A stretch of DNA of 64,000 bases from a virus (taxonomy: Duplodnaviria > Caudoviricetes), in IMG/VR virus record IMGVR_UViG_3300021256_000076, positions 1 through 64,000 of that record. One strand, given 5' to 3'. This document shows positions 1 to 8,985 of this stretch, in pieces. Made by a program: the position numbers and the translations under genes. Numbering within the stretch: position 1 is the first letter of the stretch; each line of letters opens with the position of its first letter. The notes beneath the pieces are model-generated. The model ran no database searches. It saw nothing but the letters and a program-made list of their open reading frames with translations, and was not told the DNA's origin.

Positions 1-19
1 TAATCCCCCTCCTTCCGCA
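1..19 (+). tRNA. 3' fragment of a tRNA (Ser-like acceptor end), truncated by the window edge
   Basis: TAATCCCCCTCCTTCCGCA resembles a T-arm 3' side plus acceptor 3' strand; lies 23 nt before tRNA-Glu. Confidence 0.4.
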
Positions 20-42
20 GGGGTCTCTAAGAGTGCTATGAT

Positions 43-114
43 GGTCGATTCATCTAATGGTTAGGATACAAGATTCTCAATCTTGGCATAGGGGTTCGAT
101 TCCCCTATCGACTA
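43..114 (+). tRNA. tRNA-Glu(CTC)
   Basis: Acceptor GGTCGAT/ATCGACT; anticodon arm CAAGA-TTCTCAA-TCTTG; T arm AGGGG-TTCGATT-CCCCT. Confidence 0.93.
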
Positions 115-133
115 CATCAAAAGACCTGTAAAT

Positions 134-163
134 AAAGGGAATGAGTAACATCATTCTCTTTTT
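134..163 (+). terminator. Intrinsic terminator after tRNA-Glu
   Basis: AAAGGGAATGA...TCATTCTCTTT followed by T run. Confidence 0.6.
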
Positions 164-344
164 GTTTGTAATAACCTCTACTTTCTCTTTCAGGACTATC
201 TTTGGAAAATTCCACTGATTCTTCCACTTTTTATTCTTTATAAATTCTTTATAGTAAAGATTTTTTTATTTATAGACTGGAGCACTCTCATGCACAGTTT
301 TATGCGCAACATGCCTTTTAACAATATTATAACACCTCTTAACA

Positions 345-1502
345 ATGAATAACAAATATCCACAGATACACCTTATATATAATAGGTACAGGAATGCCTC
401 TCCCACCAAGAAGGCTGTAGTTGAGATAAGGGTCACCCACAACTACAAGCAGAAGTACATGTCCACAGGAATATGGCTATACCCCCATCAATGGAAGAAT
501 GGGAAGATAGTAAACTGTGAGGACATACTCCAGATAAGCGAGACCCTGGAAAGAATGCTCTCCAATATCAGGAGTGCCATACTTGAGATGGTCAATGAGG
601 GAAACATTGATATCCTCAACATAACAGACAGGCTCAGGAAGTATGAGGAGCAGCCACTGTGCTTTCTTGACTTCTGCACACAAAGAGCCTCTATCAGGAA
701 GTATGGCAAGAAGGAGGACACCCAAGAGAGGTATGACAGGTTCCTCAAGCTGTTCATAGCATGGGGAGGCATCAAGGACTACCATGACATCACTGAAGGC
801 AACATCATCCTGTATGATGAGTATCTTGCCAAGACAGGCATGAAGGCATACAGCAGGTGGAATAACTACCACAGGTTCCTCAATTCCTTCATAGCAGATG
901 CCATTGATGCAGGACACATCAGCAAGAACCCCTACAGATGGCTGAACATAGAGAAGGGAAAGCACACCAATGGCATAGGCAAATACCTCACTCCTGATGA
1001 GTTCAGGAAGATAAAGGGAATCAGGATGCCTACTGAAAGCCTTGAGAGAGTCAGGGATGTCTTTGTCTTTCAGACATATACCTGCATGAGCTATACTGAC
1101 CTGAGGGACTTTGATGCAAGGAATATCCAGGAAGTGAAGGGAATGAAGGTCTACACAGGCAACAGGAATAAGACAGGCAAGGCATTCACCATACCCATAC
1201 TGTCTCCTGCATGGGACATATTGATGAAATATGAGGGAAAGCTCCCTGTCATATCCAACGTGAAATACAATGAGTACCTGAAGGTGGTGGCACAGTCAGC
1301 AGGGATAGACAAGCCCATATCCACTCACTGGGCTAGGCATACAGGAGCAACCTTGCTTCTGAATGAAGGCATCAGCATGAATATTGTGTCAAAGATATGC
1401 GGGCATTCATCCATCAAGATAACAGAGCAGATCTATGCCAAGCTGCTTGATGAAACTGTTGTTGATGCTGTCAGCAAGACCGACCTAAATAGACCTAAAT
1501 AG
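345..1502 (+). CDS. Tyrosine integrase, Bacteroidetes IntDOT-like (arm-binding, SAM-like and catalytic domains)
   Basis: N-terminal VEIRVTHN..YMSTGI arm-binding pattern; TCMSYTDL, RNKT, HWARHT, CGHS..ITEQIY catalytic motifs. Confidence 0.93.
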   Translation: MNNKYPQIHLIYNRYRNASPTKKAVVEIRVTHNYKQKYMSTGIWLYPHQWKNGKIVNCEDILQISETLERMLSNIRSAILEMVNEGNIDILNITDRLRKYEEQPLCFLDFCTQRASIRKYGKKEDTQERYDRFLKLFIAWGGIKDYHDITEGNIILYDEYLAKTGMKAYSRWNNYHRFLNSFIADAIDAGHISKNPYRWLNIEKGKHTNGIGKYLTPDEFRKIKGIRMPTESLERVRDVFVFQTYTCMSYTDLRDFDARNIQEVKGMKVYTGNRNKTGKAFTIPILSPAWDILMKYEGKLPVISNVKYNEYLKVVAQSAGIDKPISTHWARHTGATLLLNEGISMNIVSKICGHSSIKITEQIYAKLLDETVVDAVSKTDLNRPK

Positions 1503-1510
1503 TCCTAAAT

Positions 1511-1546
1511 TAAAAAATCCCCCATCATTTCTGACAGGGGAGATTC
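1511..1546. terminator. Hairpin between convergent genes
   Basis: AAAAAATCCCCC...GGGGAGATT inverted repeat. Confidence 0.55.
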
Positions 1547-1547
1547 C

Positions 1548-1712
1548 TTACTTGCCTTTTCTCAGACAATGCAGTACAAACAATGGCAATACCAAAGGCC
1601 AGATGATAGTGAAATAGATCTTCTCACTGGTAGGATTACTCCACTTCTTGATAGAGAACCAGGCAATCACCATTCCTACAATCCAGATTGCCAAAACATA
1701 CCAATACCACAT
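1548..1712 (-). CDS. 54-aa two-TM membrane protein (holin-like), missed by the ORF track
   Basis: Manual translation MWYWYVLAIWIVGMVIAWFSIKKWSNPTSEKIYFTIIWPLVLPLFVLHCLRKGK. Confidence 0.65.
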   Translation of the reverse strand: MWYWYVLAIWIVGMVIAWFSIKKWSNPTSEKIYFTIIWPLVLPLFVLHCLRKGK

Positions 1713-1751
1713 AAGCAAATGAAATTAAAAGTTAAACAATATATTCTGATA

Positions 1752-2141
1752 TTACAGTCTTGTGAGATACTTGAGCCATGCAAATGGCTTCCTTTCCCTA
1801 AGATACTCAGGATCATTCTCGTTAGAGTATGCCTCCTGCTCAAAGGATATGCTCCTATATGGTGTATCACTGATGAAGCATCTGACGAACCATTCTGTGA
1901 TGTACCATGCATAGAAGAATATCAGTGGGCAGAGAGACCACCATCCAAGTCCTGCAAAGAAAAGGATGACAGACTGGATTGCTCCAATGATGGTCATTTC
2001 AACCTGCTGTCTGCCATGAATCTTCTCATGCCTCTCATCTGCCTTGTCAAAGATGCATCCCTTCCTGACAAAGATGAAGGGCCAGATACTCATGGCCTTA
2101 TAACCATCAAAAGGTATTATGCTGTTCCTGACTATGATCAT
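1752..2141 (-). CDS. Membrane protein with HExxH motif (Bacteroidetes phage family)
   Basis: HEKIH motif, central TM segment, SISFEQEAY C-terminal motif. Confidence 0.7.
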   Translation of the reverse strand: MIIVRNSIIPFDGYKAMSIWPFIFVRKGCIFDKADERHEKIHGRQQVEMTIIGAIQSVILFFAGLGWWSLCPLIFFYAWYITEWFVRCFISDTPYRSISFEQEAYSNENDPEYLRERKPFAWLKYLTRL

Positions 2142-2146
2142 GGCTT

Positions 2147-2758
2147 CTATTTTATTATCTCGATATATCTGTCTTCCTCATTACTGACATAAGGATTCTT
2201 CTCAATCACATCAATATGCAAGACCCAATGCTTTTTTTGCAGCCAACGGAAAAGAAAGAACTTCTTCGGAGGATTAACAGTCTCCTTTTTGCTGGAGACT
2301 ACAATATGTTTCTTACTCTTAAACTCTGGCTTTACTGCAATCATAGAAGGGTACTTAAGTCCTAGCCTGAGAGTGTACCATTCATCTCCTATGACAGTAT
2401 CCATCTGAAGGGATGGCTGTTTGAACAGTGTGTCAGTATGATAGATTGTATCTGCCTTTGAGAAGCTGGATGATACCATCTGAAGTGCCTTGAGGTTCTT
2501 GTCCTTTATCTTCAGCTCTTTCCTTGCAGTATTAAGCTCCTGAAGGACTGAATCCTTAAAGTAACCAAGCTGGTCAACAGTCAACTGTAAGGCAGCTGAT
2601 CTCTTGTTGCCTAGATCATACAGGTTGCTATACGATTTGACATTAGCTTCAGCTATCTTCCATTTGAGGTTAAGCTCATCATTGTTCTTGTATGCCAGTA
2701 TCAGCAGGACACCCAGGCACACCGCTATAGCCAATAGTATAAATACTGCTTTCTTCAT
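2147..2758 (-). CDS. N-terminally anchored coiled-coil protein (spanin/Rz-like candidate)
   Basis: MKKAVFILLAIAV TM segment followed by coiled coil; start placed downstream of the promoter. Confidence 0.6.
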   Translation of the reverse strand: MKKAVFILLAIAVCLGVLLILAYKNNDELNLKWKIAEANVKSYSNLYDLGNKRSAALQLTVDQLGYFKDSVLQELNTARKELKIKDKNLKALQMVSSSFSKADTIYHTDTLFKQPSLQMDTVIGDEWYTLRLGLKYPSMIAVKPEFKSKKHIVVSSKKETVNPPKKFFLFRWLQKKHWVLHIDVIEKNPYVSNEEDRYIEIIK

Positions 2759-2776
2759 ACTCTTCTTTTTTGATTG

Positions 2777-2784
2777 CAAAGATA
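2777..2784 (-). promoter_or_regulatory. Bacteroidetes -7 promoter element
   Basis: TATCTTTG on the minus strand 18 nt upstream of ATG 2758. Confidence 0.65.
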
Positions 2785-2852
2785 AGATGAAGAAAGAACT
2801 CCTCAAAAGAAATAAGGACTGCTCTTAGAACAGCCCTATAAATAATGTACCA

Positions 2853-3311
2853 TTATCCTTTGAGCAAGCTTACAAGCTGCCTCATATTTTCCACAGAGCC
2901 AAACTGGTATCCATACCACTCAAGGACTGTGTAGAGGGGATATGCCTTTTTGATGATTCTCTTTTTCTCTACATCATAAGGATAAGGCACATCAGGCTTT
3001 TTGGCACGGATATCTATTATAATGTCCCTTGAAGGAATATAGAAATCCACGATATAATACTGCTTGATGAAGCCACCACTAGACTTGATGTAGATAACCT
3101 TCTGAAACTCATACCTTATGTTCTGGCTATTCAGAAGGTCCATCATCTTTCTCTCAAGCCCTGAAGGGTTCTTCCTGTTGTACTTGGCTTTGCCTTCCGC
3201 ATTTTTAATCACATTGGAGTTGTGCGGTTGCTTTGGAACAGGAGTGAACTTTGTTATTGACTGACTGATTGTCTTTGACTCCTCAAAGGAGTAGATACTA
3301 TTTTTATTCAT
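2853..3311 (-). CDS. Degenerate DUF559/Vsr-like PD-(D/E)xK protein
   Basis: SGLERKM..YEFQKVIYI..YYIVDFYIPSRDIIIDI aligns with 4282-4668 but lacks EVDGxxH. Confidence 0.7.
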   Translation of the reverse strand: MNKNSIYSFEESKTISQSITKFTPVPKQPHNSNVIKNAEGKAKYNRKNPSGLERKMMDLLNSQNIRYEFQKVIYIKSSGGFIKQYYIVDFYIPSRDIIIDIRAKKPDVPYPYDVEKKRIIKKAYPLYTVLEWYGYQFGSVENMRQLVSLLKG

Positions 3312-3339
3312 ACTTGCTATATTTAAAAGATTATATACA

Positions 3340-3383
3340 AAAATAAAAGAGAGTGACCTCCGCTGAGACCACTCTTCTTTTTT
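3340..3383. terminator. Intrinsic terminator, ends the minus-strand ncRNA
   Basis: AGAGTG(A/G)..CACTCT stem flanked by A and T runs on both sides. Confidence 0.7.
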
Positions 3384-3722
3384 GCTCAATCTGTATATAT
3401 TTAATCTCTTAAATATCAAAAAACATACTATACCCTTTAACGCATACCAAGATTCTTGTGATCTCTGGCTATCAATGCAGGCTTTTGGTGGGCGCGGTTT
3501 TAAAAGTTTCCTTTATATTCTCCTAGGGCTTCTTGTTTTCTACCTTACTGTTTCCAGTAAAACTCTTGGTGAGCCAACCACTTTTGTTACCTTATGCTCT
3601 GCATCATTTTTGACCTACCGGGGACACCTCAGAATTTACTACTTATATTCCTACTACCCGATGTCTTTCCCTTTTATGCCTCTGCCTTCAGGGTGAACTA
3701 CAGATTGAGCCTGACTGTAGGG
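3345..3722 (-). ncRNA. Putative ~370-nt structured ncRNA
   Basis: Own -7 promoter at 3729-3736; perfect 12-bp closing repeat 3384-3395/3699-3710; internal GAAA hairpin; terminator; no credible ORF. Confidence 0.6.
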
Positions 3723-3728
3723 TCAGTG

Positions 3729-3736
3729 CAAAGATA
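3729..3736 (-). promoter_or_regulatory. Bacteroidetes -7 promoter element
   Basis: TATCTTTG on the minus strand. Confidence 0.65.
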
Positions 3737-3828
3737 GCCAATTCCTCTGAAGCATACAAGAAATAGGGTAATTATCCCTCAAAAGATTTTTGATTTTCAG
3801 AAAACTTTTGAAGGGCTATACCTTATTA

Positions 3829-4152
3829 TTATATATAAGGTGTAAAGTCAAAAGACTCCTCACTGACTGTAAGCACAGCAAGCCATATGCAGAAGGGACT
3901 GCCTTCTTTTGAGTAGTCACCTACCCATGAAAGCATCATCTTCACCTTTTTATTATAAGGCATCTTGTTGTTACCTAAGGTCATCAGGTACATCATATCC
4001 CCCAGAGTAGAGCCAGTGACATTATAGTACACATGTCTTTGGGCGTCCTTCTCAACCTTTGAAGGATTCCATCTTCCATTAGTCACCTCAGAAGCAAGCT
4101 CTTCAGTGAAATGCATCCCATGCTTGCCTACATATTCCTCTAGTCCTTTCAT
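3829..4152 (-). CDS. Conserved Bacteroidales phage hypothetical protein
   Basis: ORF MKGLEEYVGKHGMHF...; promoter upstream. Confidence 0.7.
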   Translation of the reverse strand: MKGLEEYVGKHGMHFTEELASEVTNGRWNPSKVEKDAQRHVYYNVTGSTLGDMMYLMTLGNNKMPYNKKVKMMLSWVGDYSKEGSPFCIWLAVLTVSEESFDFTPYI

Positions 4153-4189
4153 TATGAATACTTTAGTCCAACATATTCCTTTCAGCCTG

Positions 4190-4197
4190 CAAAGGTA
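4190..4197 (-). promoter_or_regulatory. Bacteroidetes -7 promoter element
   Basis: TACCTTTG on the minus strand. Confidence 0.6.
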
Positions 4198-4281
4198 CAA
4201 AGAAAATATTTACTGACAAAATAATCCCGAAGAAATATGTAACTGATTGTATGAAAGTACTTTAGAAAAACAAGATATTCC

Positions 4282-4668
4282 CTATGCTATCCTACATAAC
4301 AGGTCATCCATTATGTCAAGGTCAGACAAGTCCTTCCACTTGTACCTCAAGACCTCCACCTCAGGGTACTGCTGCTGGATATCCCTTGTCCTGTCTCTAT
4401 CCTTCTGCTTATGGTCATCGTGGAACTTGCCATCCACCTCAATGATGATGTTCCTCTGAGGAATGAAGAAATCAGCAATGTAATATCTCTTGATCCAACC
4501 ATCCTCATCATAGATGTAGAATATTTTCTGAGACTCATATTCCACATAGTTATCATCAAGGAATGCCTTCATCCTCTCTTCCAATGGTGATGGCCATGTA
4601 TCCATCTGACTTGCCCTATACTCAGCATTGGCAATAACCTCCCTGTTATGTTCCTGAATTGTTCCCAT
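4282..4668 (-). CDS. DUF559/Vsr-like endonuclease
   Basis: SPLEER..YIADF..IIIEVDGKFH..KDRDR..VLR, the canonical pattern. Confidence 0.85.
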   Translation of the reverse strand: MGTIQEHNREVIANAEYRASQMDTWPSPLEERMKAFLDDNYVEYESQKIFYIYDEDGWIKRYYIADFFIPQRNIIIEVDGKFHDDHKQKDRDRTRDIQQQYPEVEVLRYKWKDLSDLDIMDDLLCRIA

Positions 4669-4683
4669 ATGTTATTTTTGCTT

Positions 4684-4691
4684 CAAAGGTA
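4684..4691 (-). promoter_or_regulatory. Bacteroidetes -7 promoter element
   Basis: TACCTTTG on the minus strand 15 nt upstream of ATG 4668. Confidence 0.6.
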
Positions 4692-5102
4692 CTCCATATA
4701 CCTCAGAAGAGTATAGGCATAACACTCATCCTAAGGAGGGGTAAAGGGGAAGTGGATATTAATAGCCCCTCCCCTATCATCAATGTTGGTTTTATCCCCT
4801 CTGTATTGTTTCTTTTGAAGAGTCTTATGCGTATAAAGGGGAAGAGCTGTTTTTTGAAAGATGAACAGCATGTGTAAATGGGTGGGAAGATGTTTTTATA
4901 ATCCCTATCGTATGTATCAAAAGCTGGGATAATATATCACACCTCCCCCTGTCCTTGACAGGTTGGGGTCATCCCCCCTGGGTCTTTGCTGACTGACAGC
5001 TTTCTAGCTATTAGTTAAGAGGAATTACATCCTCTCAACAAGTGACACAGGCAAGATGTCCTGACTGTCAACAACAGTAATAACCCTTAAACAATTAAAA
5101 CA

Positions 5103-5327
5103 ATGACAAAGTTACAGAAAGAGAATCTCCAGTTCTGTGAAGACATGGGCTGGACAATCAAAGACCTTGCTGCTCAGTGGCTATGGTCAGGTAGATTTGG
5201 GGCTAAAGTATGTGCTGAAGCCTGTGAATTGGAAGATCTTATGTATCAAGAGTATCTTAACGAGTATTACTCTGATTTTGATGCTGAGATGCTAAGAGAG
5301 TCTATGTGGATTGCTAATCATTGCTGA
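5103..5327 (+). CDS. Hypothetical early protein
   Basis: ORF with A-rich initiation region; first gene of the rightward block. Confidence 0.65.
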   Translation: MTKLQKENLQFCEDMGWTIKDLAAQWLWSGRFGAKVCAEACELEDLMYQEYLNEYYSDFDAEMLRESMWIANHC

Positions 5328-5433
5328 TTATGAGTGAGAAGAAGATTATTACCCTTGGATGGCTAGCGGTCATCCTTGGGTTGGCTTTGCTGAGTTATGG
5401 AGTTATAAGTTTAATTAATATCTTTACGCAGTT

Positions 5434-5673
5434 ATGAGACTAAAAGTTAAGATGAGTGGTCTGGTGTCACATACCACTCCAAACGGAAAGAGTTACTCCT
5501 CAGGGAGAAACAAGTGTGAACAAGGTGTCAAGAAGCTTATAGGGCTGATTGATGAAGGGTACAAACTTACAGGTGCAAAGAAGAAGGAGCCAGAAGAAGG
5601 ATTTAAACTCTTTGGTGAGTTTACCATTGAGGTTCCTGATGAGATTCTAATCAGAGCTAAATTCAAGAAATAA
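5434..5673 (+). CDS. Hypothetical protein
   Basis: ORF in co-directional block. Confidence 0.6.
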   Translation: MRLKVKMSGLVSHTTPNGKSYSSGRNKCEQGVKKLIGLIDEGYKLTGAKKKEPEEGFKLFGEFTIEVPDEILIRAKFKK

Positions 5674-5783
5674 TGGAGCATCTTACTTTATTTGAGGTAG
5701 TGCTGGTAGTTGCCGGTGCTATCTCTTACTGCTATGGAATGTACAGATTGTACAAGTATATAACCCTTTAAAACAATTAGATT

Positions 5784-6086
5784 ATGAAACAAGAGAATGT
5801 ACAAAAATTACTATCTATGCTTACTAACTATGCAGAGCATATGGTAGAAGTAGATCCAAAAGATGCTTTAGACAGAGTTAGGCATCTGCTGCTATTGGCT
5901 AACAATCATGCGTTTAAACCTCTCTCAGATACAGAGAAGGCTAATATGGTAGATAATACTGTAATGTGCTTGAATGATGCTAGTGAAGAAGCCATGGAAG
6001 AAGCTTTTATGATAAAGGTTCAGACTGTGGTATCTGATGATGAAGAGTTAATCAAGAAAATTGAATATCTGTGGGATGTAATCTGA
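5784..6086 (+). CDS. Hypothetical protein
   Basis: ORF preceded by the TAACCCTTTAAAAC motif. Confidence 0.65.
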   Translation: MKQENVQKLLSMLTNYAEHMVEVDPKDALDRVRHLLLLANNHAFKPLSDTEKANMVDNTVMCLNDASEEAMEEAFMIKVQTVVSDDEELIKKIEYLWDVI

Positions 6087-6092
6087 TTTAAT

Positions 6093-6344
6093 ATGAAGAA
6101 AAATGATGTATTTGCCTTCACAGCTCCCAATGGAGAAGAGGTGACAGCTGTTGTAATTATGGAATGGCCTTGCGACACTCCTATCATCTATACACAAAAC
6201 AAGATTGCCTTCTTTAATTGTGCTGAAAATCATATTGGAGGTGTGCTAGTAGACTATGCTATTATTCCTAAATATGATGCTATTCTTGAAGACTATCAGC
6301 ATCAGATTGATATGGCTAATGACTATGCAGATAAAACCCTTTAA
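6093..6344 (+). CDS. Hypothetical protein
   Basis: Tightly packed ORF. Confidence 0.6.
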   Translation: MKKNDVFAFTAPNGEEVTAVVIMEWPCDTPIIYTQNKIAFFNCAENHIGGVLVDYAIIPKYDAILEDYQHQIDMANDYADKTL

Positions 6345-6347
6345 ATT

Positions 6348-6638
6348 ATGAAAAGATTAGAAAAGAATGATCTAAGGCAGGAGTATATTATTCCTGCCCT
6401 TGATGCCTTTGAGTCTATTATGGATGAAGGTGTCACATGTGGAAAGTTTGGAGATGAGGTATCACACTTTCCTGAGTATCCAACATCCAAGGTATTTACT
6501 TGGCTGAACCATCTTGAACAAAGTATGTGCAGCTCAGAACCTGCTTCTGAGTTTGAAATACTGATGTGTGAGAAGTTGCCAAAGTTAGCAGAATTACTTG
6601 CTGATTGGGACATGTGTGTTGAATTGTGTGATAAATAA
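6348..6638 (+). CDS. Hypothetical protein
   Basis: Tightly packed ORF. Confidence 0.6.
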   Translation: MKRLEKNDLRQEYIIPALDAFESIMDEGVTCGKFGDEVSHFPEYPTSKVFTWLNHLEQSMCSSEPASEFEILMCEKLPKLAELLADWDMCVELCDK

Positions 6639-6648
6639 TACTGAGATT

Positions 6649-7164
6649 ATGAAGATTTATGTTGTAAGTCATTATTACGATAATGGTGAATCCTATGAGG
6701 ACTACAGGGAGTATGAAGAGCATAAGCTCTACTCTACACTTCAGATAGCTTCAGAGTACTTCTGGGCTTCTGTAGTAGATGACTATGAAGGTAAATATGT
6801 TCTTACTGAGTGGGAACTGGATACTCAGGAAAAGAAAACTCTTGAAGAAAGTGCTTGGATTAAGTGTAAGCCTTACTACAATGATGAGTGGCAAGGAGAC
6901 TATGAGCCTGAGTATGATGATGAGTGGCATAATTATTCTCCAAATCCATCAGAGAGTTATAAGGAATATTGGAGATGGGAAGATTCCTCTCCTGACTGGA
7001 ATGATGACATTTCTGAAGAAGAGGATAAAGCTTGGTATGAGTATGTCACTACTCCAGGTACTAACTATCAGGAGTGGAAAGAATGTGAAGAGGAGATTAA
7101 AAAGAGAAAATCTGATATCCTCCTTGATGAGTTGAATAGTATGTTAGTTGAGCTTTTAAAGTAA
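6649..7164 (+). CDS. Highly acidic, aromatic-rich hypothetical protein
   Basis: Start MKIYVV; D/E/Y/W-rich sequence. Confidence 0.65.
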   Translation: MKIYVVSHYYDNGESYEDYREYEEHKLYSTLQIASEYFWASVVDDYEGKYVLTEWELDTQEKKTLEESAWIKCKPYYNDEWQGDYEPEYDDEWHNYSPNPSESYKEYWRWEDSSPDWNDDISEEEDKAWYEYVTTPGTNYQEWKECEEEIKKRKSDILLDELNSMLVELLK

Positions 7165-7170
7165 TAAGTT

Positions 7171-7479
7171 ATGAAGATTAAGTTTAATACAGGAGATTAC
7201 AGAAGTCTGTTTCATCCTGAAGAAGTAGAGTTTGAGATTGTAGGCATTCACTATGAGTGTGATGGAAATAGCCTACCTGTGGACATTGTTATCTATGGTT
7301 CTGAGGAGACTCTTCAGAAGATAAGTGAACTTGTTCAGTCAGGTTCAGTTATCCAAGAGATAGGTGACTATTACTCTAGAGACCTTAGAATGAAAGGTCT
7401 TGGTGCTACTCATGAGTGTCTGTATGCCAGATTACCTGAATTCACTGTGCTTGGGATGAATAGGGTAATCTATCAGTGA
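7171..7479 (+). CDS. Hypothetical protein
   Basis: ORF in block. Confidence 0.6.
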   Translation: MKIKFNTGDYRSLFHPEEVEFEIVGIHYECDGNSLPVDIVIYGSEETLQKISELVQSGSVIQEIGDYYSRDLRMKGLGATHECLYARLPEFTVLGMNRVIYQ

Positions 7480-7740
7480 TGTATAAGGTATTTGACTCTC
7501 TTGGCAACCTGATGAGGAAGTTCAGTACTTATCAGGCTGCTGTTGTGTATAAGATGACTTATGGAAATTATGGTTGGATAATTAAATAATTGTGATTATG
7601 AAAAGTGAAGTTTTTAAGAAATTTATGGGACTTAAAGACTATAGTCCCTGTGTGAGGTATGTAGATGGAACTCTTGTGGATCCTATCGCTTACAGAAGAT
7701 GGCTTAGAAAACAATGTTGAACAATTAGACAATTTGAATT

Positions 7741-8325
7741 ATGAAGAAAGTAAGTGATTTGGTTAGTTTGGATTTAATCCTGACTACTATTCAGAAGCTC
7801 TCTGACAAGTATGAAGAACTTGAAGGTATTGCTGATGTGCAGCTTAATGCTGAATACTCTAAGGATTGGTACAAGGATTTCCATGCTGCAAAGAACAAGC
7901 AGGAGGTGCTCAGTGAATTATCTATAGCACTCAAGAAGGCTGCTAGGAATGGTATGCCTATTCCTGAGAGACCAAAGCTGTCTAGGAAACAATACTATGT
8001 AGTGTACTATCATGATGATATTGTTGCTGTTGTAAATCCTGATACTGTAGAATATATTGAAGTTCCAGACTATCAGCCAGACTGTGTTAAGCTTACCAGT
8101 AAAGTGTATTACAAGGAATATGACTGGGTACAGGACTCACTTGTCAGGTTCATTGGAACCTATGTTAGGAAAAGAGACATAGATATTCAGACTATCAAGG
8201 ATACTATGCGTGATACTATTATCTGGGATAGCTGTCCAATTGTGGATGATTTTGACCAGGCTCTTGAGATAGAGCAAACTGTTACAGACTCTTGGAGAAA
8301 AATCAAGGCAAAATATAGTAAATAG
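7741..8325 (+). CDS. Hypothetical protein
   Basis: 194-aa ORF. Confidence 0.7.
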   Translation: MKKVSDLVSLDLILTTIQKLSDKYEELEGIADVQLNAEYSKDWYKDFHAAKNKQEVLSELSIALKKAARNGMPIPERPKLSRKQYYVVYYHDDIVAVVNPDTVEYIEVPDYQPDCVKLTSKVYYKEYDWVQDSLVRFIGTYVRKRDIDIQTIKDTMRDTIIWDSCPIVDDFDQALEIEQTVTDSWRKIKAKYSK

Positions 8326-8345
8326 CCCTTTAAACAAATAACATT

Positions 8346-8612
8346 ATGGCAGATTTTAGAGAGACATTGGAAGTATCGAAGAACAGTACATGCTTCCTGA
8401 GTTTTAGTTTCTGTAAGACTAAGGAGGATCTTGCAGTAGTTGATGATGATCAGTTACCCAATCCTCCAATGGAGATTGAGTTTGCTGATGATGCTACTCT
8501 TGGTGAGGTTGCAGACCTCATTGAGAGGTTCTCTGAGAATGAGGAGCAGTGCTTTGTAGCTCTTCAGATATTACAGAATAATGGTAAGGTAACTTTAACA
8601 GATGAGTATTGA
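8346..8612 (+). CDS. Hypothetical acidic protein
   Basis: ORF in block. Confidence 0.6.
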   Translation: MADFRETLEVSKNSTCFLSFSFCKTKEDLAVVDDDQLPNPPMEIEFADDATLGEVADLIERFSENEEQCFVALQILQNNGKVTLTDEY

Positions 8613-8772
8613 TTATGACAGAAGAACAGATTAGGTTAATCAATAACACTATCAGTGCTATTGTGTGTTACAAGAATGGAGAGTGGTCAAGGATAGACTT
8701 GATGAATCACTTGAAGAACTTTCTGGAATTACCAGAAGATGTGGTTGAACATGTTAATACTATTATTGACAG

Positions 8773-8973
8773 ATGAAGACAAAGCTATTATGGGCAGCCA
8801 TAGTGCTACTACTTGTAGCCAACATGGTGAGCTATTACAAACTTAATCAGTACAAAGATTATTATCAGGCTACTGAGAAGTTCTTGGATGAGCTAGATGT
8901 TGAGTATGATTGGGTAGATGCATTTGATCCTCAAGATTACTATGATGCAGCATCTAAACTAAACAATAATTAA
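8773..8973 (+). CDS. Small protein with N-terminal TM/signal segment
   Basis: LLWAAIVLLLVANMV. Confidence 0.6.
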   Translation: MKTKLLWAAIVLLLVANMVSYYKLNQYKDYYQATEKFLDELDVEYDWVDAFDPQDYYDAASKLNNN

Positions 8974-8985
8974 GGAGGATAAGAA

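Noticed and set aside
1569-2192. 207-aa plus-strand ORF
   Set aside because: Antisense shadow of two credible minus-strand membrane genes
3382-3696. 104-aa plus-strand ORF
   Set aside because: TTG start, no family features, antisense to the promoter- and terminator-bounded structured RNA
3345-3722. RNase P RNA or tmRNA identity
   Set aside because: No GAGGAAAGUCC-type P4 consensus and no tRNA-Ala-like ends
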